DNA from: Hydrolagus affinis
Lineage: Eukaryota
Length of the DNA: 64,000 nucleotides
Reading direction: 5' to 3'
NCBI GenBank assembly: GCA_012026655.1
Contig: JAAILG010000373.1
Location: forward strand, 1-64,000
Numbering within the stretch: position 1 is the stretch's first letter; the number at the start of each line of letters is the position of its first letter. Shown piece by piece: positions 13,301-25,851 of the stretch. A program made the position numbers and the translations under genes. The notes below the pieces were generated by a model. That model was not told the DNA's origin and searched no databases. It saw only the letters and a list, made by a program, of their open reading frames with translations.

Positions 13301-16300
13301 TACATGTTAAATTATACTGGTTTTAACATGTGCAGAATCTGAATTATGGTATTTGGTAACTATTCCATTCCAAGATACTTTTCTCCTGTAGTGTTTCAGC
13401 CAAGAGAGAGCCTATTCATATTTGCAAAAAAAAAAGTTACTTTAAGGGGAGGGGATAGGAAATCAGTTTAGCCCCACTTTCCAGCCAGAATGACTGATCA
13501 GTAACAGGAATTATACATTTGAAAAATCCAAAGAAAGGCACACAAAAAATAATCACCCAGCTGAAGTATTGAGGACTGCTGGTATCTGAAAATCTGAAGT
13601 TATAACGAGAAAATGTGGAGTGGGAGTATCCTGGTTACTAGGTTAAATATATGTAAGTAAATGTTTGTAGAAAAGTGTAATGTACATAATCCTGTATTCA
13701 AAACATAATTCAAAATGTTCTAATACTTGTCTGATTCTACAGAAAAGTAGAGAAAATCACAAAGTACATTGAAGAAAAGAAGGAAAAGTTTGCCCAGTTT
13801 GATTTGCAAGATGTCAAAATCCGAGAAAAACTGAAACATATCAAGAGCAAAGAGAAGAAGTTACAGAAGCAAGTACAAAAAGACAGGGAAAAGGTAAAGC
13901 AATTACATTTATTAAAGGAGTAAACTCAAACCAAATTACATTTCAATGTTCACATGAATATATATCCGTTTCTGTTTAGCTGGAGGTATTGAAAAATGTA
14001 CCTGAGAATAGCGAAAAGATCATCCGTGAAGCAACAATAGAAAAAGAGGAGCTAGAACAGAGAAAAATGAATGAGGAAGAGAAACTGAAGAAAGTCATGG
14101 TCAGTCTCAAACAAGAGACACAAGGATTACAGGAAACAAAAGAGGTTAGTTATGTAAGACATATATAGAGCTGAAGTGAAGCAGAAGTAAATAAAATTTC
14201 TCAAAGCCAATTTGACGAGTGGCAAATATCTTCCCTTATGATGTGTAACCAACAATTTATAGTGAATGTGCCTTTGATCCTTCCCACTTGCTCTGATTTC
14301 CTACAGTTATTGTGGAGAAATGGAGAGGGTATCCGTCATTCTGAAAACCCTGGGAGGGACTCTGAAACAAATGTGGGGTCCTGAATTTTCACATGTTGCC
14401 AAAGTACTAGCTTCATATTTTAGCCATTGCAAGAAAGCGTTTCAAAATAAAGCATCAGAGAGAACATGAATAAACCTCCCTCCCTCATCCCAACACTGTC
14501 CCCTCCCCCGCAAGCTCAAGTCCTGACCCCTGACTGTTCAGCGCCTTGCAACGTCCTACCAATGTGAAAGGTGCTCTGCAAATGTAATTTTGTTTTGTTA
14601 TTCTTCATTTGCTGAATGTTTGTTTGTTAATAGATGAACGAGAAAGAGCTTATGGAGTTGAGCAAAGCAGTAAATGATACTAGATCCAAGATGGATGTGG
14701 CTCAATCAGAACTGGATATCTACCTCAGTCGCCACAAAACTGCTTTAAGTCAGTTCAATGAAGCTAAAGAGACCCTCGCTACTGCCACTTCTACACTTAA
14801 AATGAGGAAAATTGCAATTAAAGAACTGGAGGTGAAAATTCCGCAGAGTGAAGAAGAACTGCACAAAGTGAGCAATGCAATTCTGAAGCTTTATTTACTA
14901 ACAACAATAAAATTACATTTGTAAAGTGCATTTCACATTGGGAGATGTCCCAAGGCGCTGGAAATATGATTTACACGAGATCTGAATTGCAGGCAAACTA
15001 AAATCTCATTTAATCAACAGTTTACGCTGTACATGTGTAATTAAATGCAGCTGATTAGTTTGCATGCATTAGTTTGTCACTGCAGTCAGTAAGTGCATGT
15101 GGTATAGGTCAAAACTATGTTTGCTGGTAAGTGTGGGAGTAATAGAGGATCGGGGCGTGGTGTTACATGTTAGGTGGTTAATGCAAATAGTGCAAAGAAA
15201 TCTAGGTGGTTTTGATAGGAAACTGAAAGAGACTTGGGTGACTTTAAGACTTAGGCAATTATACAATGTATGCAAGTTTTACTATATAACTGGAAAAGAT
15301 TTGTTTAAATTGTTTATATACTTAATGTGGCGATGTGAATAACCTCAAAAGCTGATGCAGATTGCAATCATTGGGTTAATGAATGAATATATTTGTTAGA
15401 AATGTAGACGTACAAGTGTGGGTACTAATCTAAATTTGAATTGCATTTCTAGGATGAAAAGGCTCTTGAAAAAATAGTCCAATCTGAATCTAAGGTTCGG
15501 TGCGGTGTTAATGAGCTGCGTCAAAAGGTTGAAGAAGCAAAAAGCTCTCTAGCAATGAATCGCAGCAGAAGTAAAGTTCTGAATGCTTTGATGGAGCAGA
15601 AAAAGTCTGGAAAAATCCCTGGCATCTTTGGAAGACTGGTACGGAGGGAAAATTTTATTTAAAAAAAACACAACTTGCAGATCAATCAAGATTCCTTTTC
15701 AGATCATATATATATATATACCTTTTTAAAACTTGGTTGTTTTTATATTTAACCAGGGTGACTTGGGTGCTATTGATGAGAAGTATGACATTGCTGTCTC
15801 CTCCAGCTGTGGTGCCTTAGAAAACATTGTTGTTGACACTATTGATACAGCCCAAGATTGTGTTAACTTCCTGAAGAAACAAAATATTGGAGTGGCAACT
15901 TTTATTGGCTTGGACAAGGTATGTTTTGAAACAATCAAGTATACATTTTTTAATTAACAAAGTGCAGTTTTGAATTTATATTTGTTAACTGCTGCAGCAA
16001 AATTATTTGACTTTTGTTAATACTTTTATTTTCTTTTTTTTAAAAAAACTTTCCAGATGAAGGTTTGGGAGAAAAGTACTGGAAAGATCCAAACTCCTGA
16101 GAATATTCCACGTCTGTTTGATATGGTCAAAGTGAAAGATGAGACTATACACCCAGCGTTTTACTTCGCTCTACGGGATACTCTTGTTGCTCATGATTTA
16201 GAGCAAGCGACACGTGTGGCATTCCGAGCAGACAAACGATGGCGCGTGGTAACATTGCAAGGACAGATAATAGAACAATCCGGTATGGACAAGTGTTGTA

Positions 16301-19300
16301 TAAACTAGGTTTAAATATTAAATTCATACTATAACTGGAAATGGTTCCAGTCTTTAAGACCATAAGATAAGAACATAAGAATAAGGAGCAGGAGTAGGCC
16401 ATTCGGCCCCATGAGCCTGCCCCAATAAGATCATGGCTGATCTTCTAATCTAACTCCACCTACCTGCCTTATTACCATATCCCTTAATCCCTTTATCGAT
16501 AAGAAATCTGTCAGTCTAAGTTTAGCACCGAAGCGTTGCAGAGAATTTGAAAAGTTTTGAGTATATATGATTGAAATAAACACTGAAAATAAATCAGATT
16601 GTGGCTAATAAGTGAGCACTACCATCTTAAAAAAGTTTGTTTTCTGTGGTAAATTTATCAACTTGTCCAATTCACTTCATTCAATCTTTTTACTTTAGGT
16701 ACCATGACGGGTGGCGGAGGAAAAGTAATGAAGGGTAGAATGGGATCTTCAGTGATTGTTGAAGTTACCCAGCAAGAGGTCAGTGAATTTCTGAACACCA
16801 CTGTAGTACACTTTATGAATAGCAAGGACAGCTTGACTCAATGAGCCCTGACTAATGACTGCAACAGTAATGCTTGGTCTTGCAGTAAAAACAAATTGGT
16901 AAAGTTGCATTTGTTAAATGTATGGCTTTTCGGGATAGTTAAGGTGCAGAATCATAAAGCTTTATGTTTTTTAACTGAAGGTGGACAAAATGGAGTCAGA
17001 ACTACAGAAGGATACAGCAGTGGCACAAAAATATCAAGATCAAAAGGTGCAATTGGAAGAACGAATAGTGAAGTTACGCCAGAGCATAAGAGAGATGAAA
17101 AATAATTTGGAGAAATACACAGCGAGCATTCAGGTGTGTTAATTTAAAAATATTTGTATTTCTTTACGTAGCATTTTTTTTTAAGAAGACCCTTTTTTCC
17201 TTTTGGGTGAGAGGAAACTAGCCTGCTTGTAAAATATGTGCATGGCAAGAAATAGCAAATGACAATACTAGTATTTACCACTTTGGCACCTTGGGACATC
17301 CTCCTGACGTGAAAAGTGCTATACAAATGTAATTTTGTTGTTATTCAAAACCTGGATGATACCACATAGGTGTCCTGAAATGGTGCACCGCCAAGGGATT
17401 GTGCAATAACCGCTCCTACCATGTAGGAGATTTTATATATGTGATAGAATGATTTCAGAATAAATGGCTCCTTATTACTTCACTAATATCTTCCCCTGTG
17501 GCACACATGTGTACCTACACACGCAGGAATATAGACTGTGTCACAAATTCATTATTGAATAAGGAGGATTTATATATAGTTTATATATGGTTTATATATG
17601 GAAAATGGAGCAGGTTATGAAGGAATTTGATTTAACTTGTCTACCTGGCAAATTAGTTTGATAACTTAGTGGTCCAACTCATTTCTAAATAGAACTGGTA
17701 GTACAAAGCATTAGTGATAGATTGGCAAATTGTATTTCATCTATATAGATTCTGGATTTAAAAAATGATTGGGTGAATAATGTCACCCTTTGGTTTGGAG
17801 CAAGAGTGATGTCACATTTTTATGTGGACTAAGTGTATTCTGAACTATTCCTGTTTTATATATTTAATTGAATTTAGGGTCTGACAGAACAGGAAGCTCA
17901 CTTGAAAATTCAAGAGAAGGAATTTGAAGCAAATGTGGCAGCAGCAGCCCCCGACAAGAATAAACAGCAACAGCTAGAAAAAACCCTGAGATCCTTCAAA
18001 AAAGGTTAGCTTTTCTTTCTATACATGACTATTTTCCCTTATAGAAGTAAGACTGCTTATAGAAGTATGGAAGTAAAATCCACGTGCATTTGCAAAATGT
18101 GAAGACCAGAGTTCTATGAAATTGTGAAAAGTGAGTTAAAGAGCCATTTGTTTATTTTTTTAAAAAAGTTTGATGTTTTTAATGTAGTTTAATTTATTAA
18201 GGGTGCTTTATAAGTTGAAGTACTGTAAACCCTTCTAAAAATGAGGTTAGTTTGACAGATAAATATTTATAGAAGCCGTGTTATCTGTTTCAGAATATGA
18301 GGAAGAGGCAGCAAAGGCTGGTAAAGTGGAGGCGGAGGTTAAAAGGTTGCATAACCTTATCGTTGATATCAATAATAATAAGCTTAAAGCCCAGCAGGAT
18401 AAACTAGACACTATTAATAAAGAAATTGATAATTGTGTCTCTGCCATTACTAAGGCCCAAGTTGCAATCAAAACATGTGGAAGGTAAGTTCATCGTGAAA
18501 CTGCTTTTATTTGTTTGCTGTTTTTTGTAACCATCTTTGCGAACACCCTTTTTGCTAGTGGGGATTGCCCATGTTAAGTTTTGATCACAGTACAGTACAT
18601 ATGCTCACAACTAGTTTTCACTTTGAGATGTTTTATTATAACAAGTGCTGCTGTATTCCAGGAACTTGAAAAAAGCAGAAGAAGCGGTAAGTCGATCTGA
18701 GGAAGAAATTGAACAGAACAAACAGGAAATTGAGCAGCTGACAGATGAATTGAAGAAATTGGAGGAAGAAGCCACTACAGTGATGAAGGAATGCACCGAA
18801 GCTCAGGTGAGACAGAATTTAGTCAAATGAAGGGTGTGAAGTTGAAATCAAGTGTATGGTTGCTGAAGCATTTAGTAATATTCAATTTTGCAATAGAAAT
18901 CATTTAATCTCATTTTTTAGTAACCTGGTAACTATCATGTTGGTTTCAGCGTTATGCATTTTGGTTAGAAAGAGGTAGGATAACAAATTGTCATCAACAA
19001 CAAAGACTCACAGTTATATAGCACCCCTCATGCAGGGCAGCAATCCCAGAGTGCTTTGTGAGTAATGAAATATATAAAAATGGATTTCAAGTTTGGTGAT
19101 AGTTCCAGGATTTATTTTTGATCGATACCATGTAAAACCCACATCTAAGTGAACTGCGTGCAAATGTTCTATTTTGCAGCTGTAGAAGGAATAGATAAAG
19201 TTGATGTTGCAAGATCTTTCAGCCTAATTGGAAAATGACTGTAAATTTAGTTTGAGGCAGTAAATACATACTTATGTAATCCAGTTTAAACTGGAATTTT

Positions 19301-21834
19301 AACTGGCTTCTTGACATTCTGTAGTTCCCAAAATGAATCTTGTTCCAATTCTGGCTCTGACCAACATCATGCATGGGGGTGCCTGATGGCGTATGCCTTG
19401 TATTTAAGGATGCAAACTTGTGATACGGCTGCTATTCTCAGTAAACTTTTTCATAAGGTTTCTTTCTGTCTGTGGATTTCAATAGGAATCATTAACCAAT
19501 GTGACTGAAGACCATCACATTTTATTTAAAGAGGTGAAGTTAATTCAAGAAGAAGAGCAGGCACTTCAGAAAGAAATTCTAAATATACGATTAAAGATAG
19601 AACAGATAGACGGACACATTGAGGAGCATCAGTCAAGGATCAAATTCTGGCAAAAAGAGGTAAGAGCGAACAACAGAAATAAAGGGCAACCCCAATAATG
19701 TATAAAGAAGCATCTTAAGAGTTCTATCAACAACTAAGTAATCCAGGCAGGTCAGAGTGAAACCTTCGGCAAGTTTCCTTACTCCACATGCCTAATAATA
19801 ATTCCTCAAAAAAAACCCAATAATAAAATTGGTCATTTCAATCTACGACTGTTTGTGGGACAATTGTGCGCAATTGGCTGCCGCATTTTGCCCACAAATT
19901 CACTTTACAGTATATTCTGTGAAGCGCTTTGAGACGTCTGGAAGACATGAAAAGCGCTGTATCAAATGCAAGGATTATTAGTATTATTAAGTCATTTGGA
20001 GAATCCAGGAAATTTGCAAAACTATGCACAAAGATTCATTGGCTTAGCTGCATATTGGTGTGCGGGTGGATCTGCTGTCTCCCAGACAGTTGCCTGCTGA
20101 TTCAGGTGTCTATTTCTGGTCAAGTACAAGAGGATCAGGTCACTTCTAACAATTCTATCAGTATTGATGGAGCTTCCAGCCACAGAGTTTGTGTTGAGAG
20201 TGGCTTGTCAACCTTATGTTGGTTTGCTATCTAAAAACTGAAATTTGCCAGTTTCAATCTAAGTCCAAATATGGTTTTTTTTCGTCATGTTAGCACTGTT
20301 AAGGCACTGTTCCCTTGTGTTACTGCTGTTACCGAGTTGTGATTTCCTTTCACAGTTAATTTTTGGAAAACTATTTTATTATCCGATTCAATCTTAGGTG
20401 TCCAAGCTTTCTTTACATCGCATTGATGACAAACCTCAAGAAGAGCTTCCAAAACTGAATGAGGAGGATCTGAGGGAAATGCAAAACCCAGATTTGATAA
20501 ATAATCAGATTGCACTGCTGGAGGCAAAGGGTTTGGAAATGAAACCAAACTTGGGGTCCATTGCCGAATATAGAAAGAAAGTAAGTTGGTCAGGATTCTT
20601 CGTATGGCTCTATGGTTAAAATTGTATCTGTACAAATGTATAAATTGTTTTCTATGGTGTGTGCAGGAACAACTGTATGTACTCCGCGTGGCAGAGCTTG
20701 ATGAAATTACTAACGAACGGGATAAATTTAGACACGGTTATGAGGACTTGAGAAAGCAACGTCTCAATGAATTCATGGCAGGGTTTAATATGATCACCAA
20801 TAAGCTGAAGGAGAATTACCAAATGCTTACACTGGGTGGAGATGCTGAGCTGGAATTGGTGGACAGCCTGGATCCCTTTTCTGAAGGAATTATGTTCAGG
20901 TAGGGAAAGTTGGTTTCATGATAATTCATGTGCATCATTTCATTGTGAAGTCCAATTACACCTGAATCCTAATAGGACTCCAAATGTCCCTCGTTCTGTA
21001 TTACTCTTGTGGTGGTTTGAAGCTACAGTATTTTATTTACCTTTAATTGCGTTGAATTGATTACCTCTAAAATCTGAATCGGGTTCATAAAAAGCAAGCC
21101 AACTTGCAATTTTTAATCAAAGTGAAAAATTACATTTTTCTAGTGTTCGACCACCAAAGAAAAGCTGGAAGAAGATTTTCAATCTTTCTGGTGGGGAGAA
21201 GACACTCAGCTCTTTGGCTCTGGTGTTTGCACTTCACCATTACAAGCCGACTCCTTTGTACTTTATGGATGAAATTGATGCAGCGTTGGATTTCAAAAAT
21301 GTCTCAATTGTTGCTCATTATATCTATGTAAGTAAACTTAACAGCAAATGAGTTCACTGTATATATAGAATTTTATTCCCCTGTTTGGCAGAGGTGTAGA
21401 AATAACTTTACAAATTAAACTAGAAAAGCTACCTCTGGTAAACACCTTAAATATAATGTTTAGCTCGACAATGGAATCTACAATTTCCTAACTTCTTAAT
21501 AAATAATAATAATAACTTAATAGATAAGTTGAATATATACTAAAACCAAGCTGATCAAAAATTGTATTGGATAGTGCTTCTCCATTTGTACAATTAATAG
21601 CCTGGTATTTTAGTTTTTGACAAATGTTTTGTTTTCTCTCTCTCTCTCTCCCCCTTGCCTTAGGAACAAACCAAAAATGCTCAGTTCATCATTATTTCTT
21701 TGAGGAACAATATGTTTGAAATAGCTGATAGGCTGATTGGAATCTACAAAACTCACAATACAACAAAGAATGTCGCTGCCAATCCCAAAGTTATTGGCCT
21801 TCAAGCGATTCCTGAAGTAGTCACCACAGCTTGA
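1382..21834 (+). CDS. SMC4: Structural maintenance of chromosomes protein 4 (condensin subunit), 23 coding exons, about 1299 aa
   Basis: Coding exons, all GT-AG and frame-consistent, 3900 nt total: 1382-1523, 2916-3106, 3474-3665, 4679-4855, 11475-11639, 12013-12140, 12892-13032, 13743-13893, 13980-14144, 14634-14867, 15453-15638, 15757-15918, 16057-16282, 16699-16778, 16981-17133, 17878-18004, 18294-18483, 18662-18806, 19486-19659, 20398-20580, 20667-20899, 21144-21327, 21664-21834. Motifs: NFKSYAG, Walker A GPNGSGKSN, Q-loop FLILQGEV, hinge GIFGRLGDLG / VVTLQG / SGTMTGGG, signature LSGGEKT, Walker B FMDEIDAALD. The first coding exon begins after an acceptor ending at 1320. Confidence 0.97.
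4951..5034 (+). ncRNA. MIR15B: pre-miR-15b hairpin (mature 5p 4964-4985, TAGCAGCACATCATGGTTTGCA)
   Basis: miR-15 family mature sequence with seed AGCAGCA. The complementary arm CAAACCATAATTTGCTGCT lies at about 5002-5020. It sits in the SMC4 intron after exon 4679-4855, the known host position. Confidence 0.95.
5115..5205 (+). ncRNA. MIR16-2: pre-miR-16-2 hairpin (mature 5p 5127-5148, TAGCAGCACGTAAATATTGGCG)
   Basis: Exact miR-16-5p sequence. The 3p arm CCAATATTACTTGTGCTGCT lies at 5173-5192. It is clustered about 160 nt downstream of miR-15b. Confidence 0.97.
8295..8440 (-). mobile_element. CR1-type LINE 3' end fragment
   Basis: AAGAACATAAGAATTAGGAGCAGGAG..TAGGCCATTCGGCCC is the reverse complement of a CR1-like 3' tail. 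Related copies lie at about 16361-16520, 23225-23300, 46380-46430 (+) and 53765-53830. Confidence 0.7.
9316..9520 (-). mobile_element. Old Deu-domain SINE relic (degenerate)
   Basis: TTTCAAATAGTTCCATAGG...GCAGAAATGAGCTTGGTTTAATG resembles, from recall, the reverse-complement Deu domain, and resembles the better-preserved copy at 63403-63643. Confidence 0.45.
9586..9800 (-). mobile_element. L2-type LINE 3' end fragment
   Basis: (AAC)n-AAATTGCATTTATAAAGCGCATTTCACATCGG tail, plus CCTTGAAGGAGGCAAGGG..GGAGTTCCAGAG shared with 49476-50015 and 63645-63950. Confidence 0.65.
10274..10590 (-). mobile_element. tRNA-derived SINE (~310 bp family), full length
   Basis: The reverse complement has A box TAGCTCAGTGG, a B-box-like GTTCGAATCC, the family body and a (TAT)n tail. 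Confidence 0.9.
10906..11178 (+). mobile_element. tRNA-derived SINE, near full length
   Basis: TAGCTCAGTGG...GGTTTGATTCC head, family body and AATGCGAGGATTATT tail. Confidence 0.88.
14470..14600 (+). mobile_element. L2-type LINE 3' tail fragment
   Basis: CAGCGCCTTG..ACGTCCT..GTGAAAGGTGCTCTGCAAATGTAATTTTGTT. The same short tail occurs at about 8560-8625 (+), 14900-14962 (-), 17281-17345 (+) and 50198-50250 (-). Confidence 0.65.
19741..19989 (+). mobile_element. tRNA-derived SINE, 5'-truncated
   Basis: Starts at ATCCAGGCAGGTCAG; body and tail match the family. Confidence 0.88.
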
Positions 21835-23930
21835 AATTGCAACAACTTTTCAATGGATTGCTGCAAAGAACCTATACTTTGTTTCCAACTGATTCAACTG
21901 GCTACTAGCTTCATACAATGGAGGAGCCCATTCCAAAAGTGGTGGAATCAATTCTAAAATCCCTGCGTACAAACAAGTACTATCTCATCATTGAGGTTTC
22001 ACACAGCAGAAAATGTGTTATTAATGTAGATTCTTAATATTTCTGATATTGCTGTATATATTTGTTTTTAGAAAAGCTATGTTCTTTTTTTAAACTCACA
22101 TGCCTGGCAAAACGATTTCTTATTAAAAGCTACTCTCGTAACATATCGGATAGTCTGGTTTTAATGAATTAATGTTAAATGGACAAAAGACCCCAAAGAC
22201 AAAATACAATCATTTTGTCATTTACTGAATTGTTCCACAAGTTAATGATACAAATGAAATGCAGGTGTTATTGGGCTTCACATTAGCAATAACAGTTTTA
22301 GATCCTGTTATTTAGGACATCTCACTGATTTGGGTCTTTAAAAATTGTTAAAATATTCAACCAATCCCTACTTTGGATGAATAACACTTAGTCCCGATGT
22401 TCACTGTTGGCTTGATTCTCAATATTTGGCCCCGAACGGAACAGGTAAGTAAATTACGACTTGCTAGTGTAGTGACTGAATGCGGAACTCAGAAGTTTAT
22501 TCAATATGCAGAAATAACTTGTCTTTAAAAGATGTACATTGATTTTTTTTGCACAGTTTTTTATATTAAATAAAATTAGTTTGATTTTAATGGGAAAATG
22601 GAAAATAATAATAATCCTTGCATTTGATATAGCGCCTCATCACATTTCCCCCCTCTCCATCAGACTCCTACTCCTCTAATTTTAGGTGATGTATGTTTAG
22701 CATTTCTATTCCATGATTGTGAAAATATGATTACCAATCTAAGTTTGTACTGTATATATCATTTAATTCACTCAATCATCCTCTGTACATGAGGATGTTC
22801 ATAATAGTTTAGAAAAAATACAAAAATGTTAGAAAAAAATACATCAACCACAAATTAGCAACACAGCTTTTAATTTACTACGGAAATTTTGCACTAAATC
22901 CTAATATTAAAAAGCATCAGTACTAAACAATGTGATTTTCTCATAATTCGACTAAGATAGTAACCCAATACAAGTCGGTTATAAAACTCTGCACTCATGG
23001 CAAGCAATCTGGCCCATTTACCTCTCATAAATTCAAAAGGAGTTATTGGCTATTATTTATATGTGCCCGTTAACTCCACTTTTAATAGAAATTTGCAAGA
23101 AATGTTGACTGTGCTGTAGATAAAAGGAAATCAGCAGCAATTTAAAATTGCAAGTAAATCTGTTGCATTCAGTTTGAGAACAAAATTATTTTCGTGCAAC
23201 TTGTATAAGACCACTTTCTGCCGACAGGAACGGGAGGAGGCCATTCAGCCCCTCGATCCTGTTCCGCCATCATATTAGATCACAGCTAATCTGTACCTCA
23301 TCTCAAATGATTGCTGTATTTCCGGGATGCATTCGGTACTTGCCCGTTCAATTAAATTATAGCAACTTCAGTTTCTGAATTCTAGTGTTGCTTTTTAATA
23401 CAAACAGCTGTTGCTGCCTCTCACTTTTTCTCTCTCATCTATTTCAATGGTACGTGAATACAATTAGGTGCCGCTCTGCATTATGCATCTGGCACTGAAA
23501 TCTTGAATAAATTCATGAGCAACATGTTGAATTTGGCAAGATAGTAAAGTGGTGTCAGCCTTATGACCATGTTAGATGTAGCAGCCTGTAAATACATTTT
23601 GGTATATACAGTCCTACAGTTTCCTTTTACCTACCACAAGAAGGATCATCCGACAAGATCTGATCATCTACCACAAGAAGGGCAGCAATTATTATTGTGA
23701 CTACAGTACTTATTGTTTGTGGGAAATTAATTATCCTAACTGTCTGTAAAACATACAATATTTAATTTCCCAATGTTGGCATCACAAACACAATGGATAA
23801 CATGGGCTGATAGCTAATATCCTGTCTTAAAACAAGAAATCCTAATGTCCTATAACTTCTATCTGTTTTACTTTATACATGGTGCGTGGAAACAAACCCA
23901 CAGAACAAATGCAAAGGCCTTTTTTCTCGC

Positions 23931-25271
23931 TTAAGCTTGTTCGTGACTTTCTGATAAAAATAAACTCCACAAACTGTTTGTAGCGTATTGAAAAGCATTG
24001 CTTAACTGAAAACCAAATATTTGATAAATGCCAGGTAAATAGGCTGTCAGCTGGCAGACAAAATCCATTAGTGTTTCGATCAAATTTTCCAAAACTGTTT
24101 TCAGTGATTGAAGCCTGGAACAAACTTCAAAGACACTTTCCCATGATGTTGCTTGCGCATTTGGGAGATTGCTGTTTGTGACGTTAAACACATCTATACA
24201 ACTCTCCTTCAGGAAAATGCTCAGTGAAAATATGGCTAACAGAAACAGCACTGCTATCAATACACCTGTAGTTAAAACCTTACGAGATAATCCCTGTCCA
24301 CGTTTCAGATGTGATGCAAGATCTTTAATCCAGTGATTCTCCAAACAATGTTTCACTTGTGGAATCGGGGCTTGTTCAATGTGGCCAACTGTAATTTTAG
24401 ACCATTTCTCCATCAGAAAGTGTCCTACGCGAGGCTGGATATCCAGAGGGCGAATTACCGGAAGTTTGGTTTTGATCAAAGTATCAACTCTCTGCCGGTA
24501 GATGTGAATGTTCTCGAGGAAGGTCAGGGCATCCTTTTCTTCTTCAACAAACGCGCCAAATGTTTCAAGGGCGAGCTGTTCCTCTTTCATTTCGCTCATC
24601 TTGTGAATCAGCGGATCGTATTCGCTGGCAATTTTTGCATTGACTTCATCCAAGGCTGCCAGCAGAGCGTCCTTTTTAGTTCGCAGAGTTCTTTGGAGGT
24701 CCTCAAAATATCGCTCGACGGTGTCTTTGTCCTGTTGAATGATTTGTTCAGCTTGCGCTTTCTGAAGCACTAACTGTTCAATGAAAACGGATATCACCGC
24801 CCAGCGTTTATCACTCAGTTGCTCGACAAGTTTGTGAGCAGTTTGCTTTTCTTTAACATAAGCATTCTGCAGATCGTCAATAGGGTGCCCTTGATGCTGT
24901 CCCACAGTTAAGCAATAGCCACACACCAACTTGCGGTCTAATAGGCAGAACATGTTCAACGGTTGCCTGCAGTGATCAGGGCAGGTCGGAGTCTTGGGGT
25001 GATCTTCTCTCTGGTATTTCTCAATAATTCCCATCAACGAGAAGTTTATCGGTAACGAGACGATGCCCGTGGCGGGAAGCTCCACAATACTTCTACAGGT
25101 GGGGCATTTCAGTGGGAATCGCAGCGGACGCCAGACGGAGAAATTGCCTGAACCTTGGATAATGTTCTCCAAACAGGTTCTGCAGAAAGTGTGAGAGCAC
25201 GGCAGAACGCGGGGGTCCTCGAAAATAGAATAACAAACGGAGCAAGTTAAGTCCTCCTCAAAATTATCCAT
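23931..25271 (-). CDS. TRIM59: Tripartite motif-containing protein 59 (RING, B-box 2, coiled coil, C-terminal transmembrane segment), 446 aa, single coding exon
   Basis: The N-terminus MDNFEEDLTCSVCYSIFEDPRVLPCSHTFC..WRPLRFPLKCPTCR matches TRIM59. B-box CPDH..CLLDRKLVCGYCLTVGQHQGH; hydrophobic segment VLIAVLFLLAIFSLSIFL. A splice acceptor (minus TTTTCAG, exon starts 25279) lies 8 nt before the ATG. Syntenic between SMC4 and KPNA4. Confidence 0.95.
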   Translation of the reverse strand: MDNFEEDLTCSVCYSIFEDPRVLPCSHTFCRTCLENIIQGSGNFSVWRPLRFPLKCPTCRSIVELPATGIVSLPINFSLMGIIEKYQREDHPKTPTCPDHCRQPLNMFCLLDRKLVCGYCLTVGQHQGHPIDDLQNAYVKEKQTAHKLVEQLSDKRWAVISVFIEQLVLQKAQAEQIIQQDKDTVERYFEDLQRTLRTKKDALLAALDEVNAKIASEYDPLIHKMSEMKEEQLALETFGAFVEEEKDALTFLENIHIYRQRVDTLIKTKLPVIRPLDIQPRVGHFLMEKWSKITVGHIEQAPIPQVKHCLENHWIKDLASHLKRGQGLSRKVLTTGVLIAVLFLLAIFSLSIFLKESCIDVFNVTNSNLPNAQATSWESVFEVCSRLQSLKTVLENLIETLMDFVCQLTAYLPGIYQIFGFQLSNAFQYATNSLWSLFLSESHEQA

Positions 25272-25483
25272 GTTTTTGCCTGAAAATTTAATTTATAAAA
25301 AAAAACGAACAATTAATGTGGCACAATTTCTTACACAATTTCCCTCTTTTTAAACAAAAATGGAAATCAGATTTTTTACAATAAAGAGACAAGTTCATTC
25401 ACTCTGGATATATGTTCCCATACAAATAGATGACACAATGTGTACTGTAGCACAATAATAATGTGCCAATCTGAGAACAAATG

Positions 25484-25851
25484 AAATAATAATCTTGGAG
25501 TTTGATATAGCGCTTTTCATGTCTTCTAGGCGTCTCAGAGCACTTCACAATACAACAGTAACAACAAAATTACATTTGTAGAGTGCCTTTCACGTCAGGA
25601 TGACATCCCAGAGTGTACTGTAAAGTGAATTGAATGTATATTTGTGGGCAAAACACGGCAGTCAATTGCGCACAGCAGTGTCCTACAAGCAATCGTGGAT
25701 TGAGTGACCAAATTATTATGGGAGTTTTGTTGAGGGATTATTATCAGGCGTGTGGAGTAAGGAAACTTGCCCAAGGTTTTGCCCTGACCTGCCTAGCATT
25801 GAATCCAGGTCTCTCGCTTGCAAGGCGAGTGCTCTAACTTCAGGACTCCAC
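25484..25851 (-). mobile_element. tRNA-derived SINE with a nested L2 tail insertion (25553-25615)
   Basis: The family sequence is interrupted between CACAATA and TACTGTAAAG by an (AAC)-tailed L2 3' end. Confidence 0.85.

Noticed and set aside
24333-24773. 146-aa + strand ORF (likewise 55065-55544)
   Set aside because: Antisense shadows of the TRIM59 and ARL14 coding sequences.
23931-25271. TRIM13 (paralogue beside KPNA3 and miR-15a/16-1)
   Set aside because: The N-terminal sequence and the neighbours (SMC4, KPNA4, ARL14) fit TRIM59.
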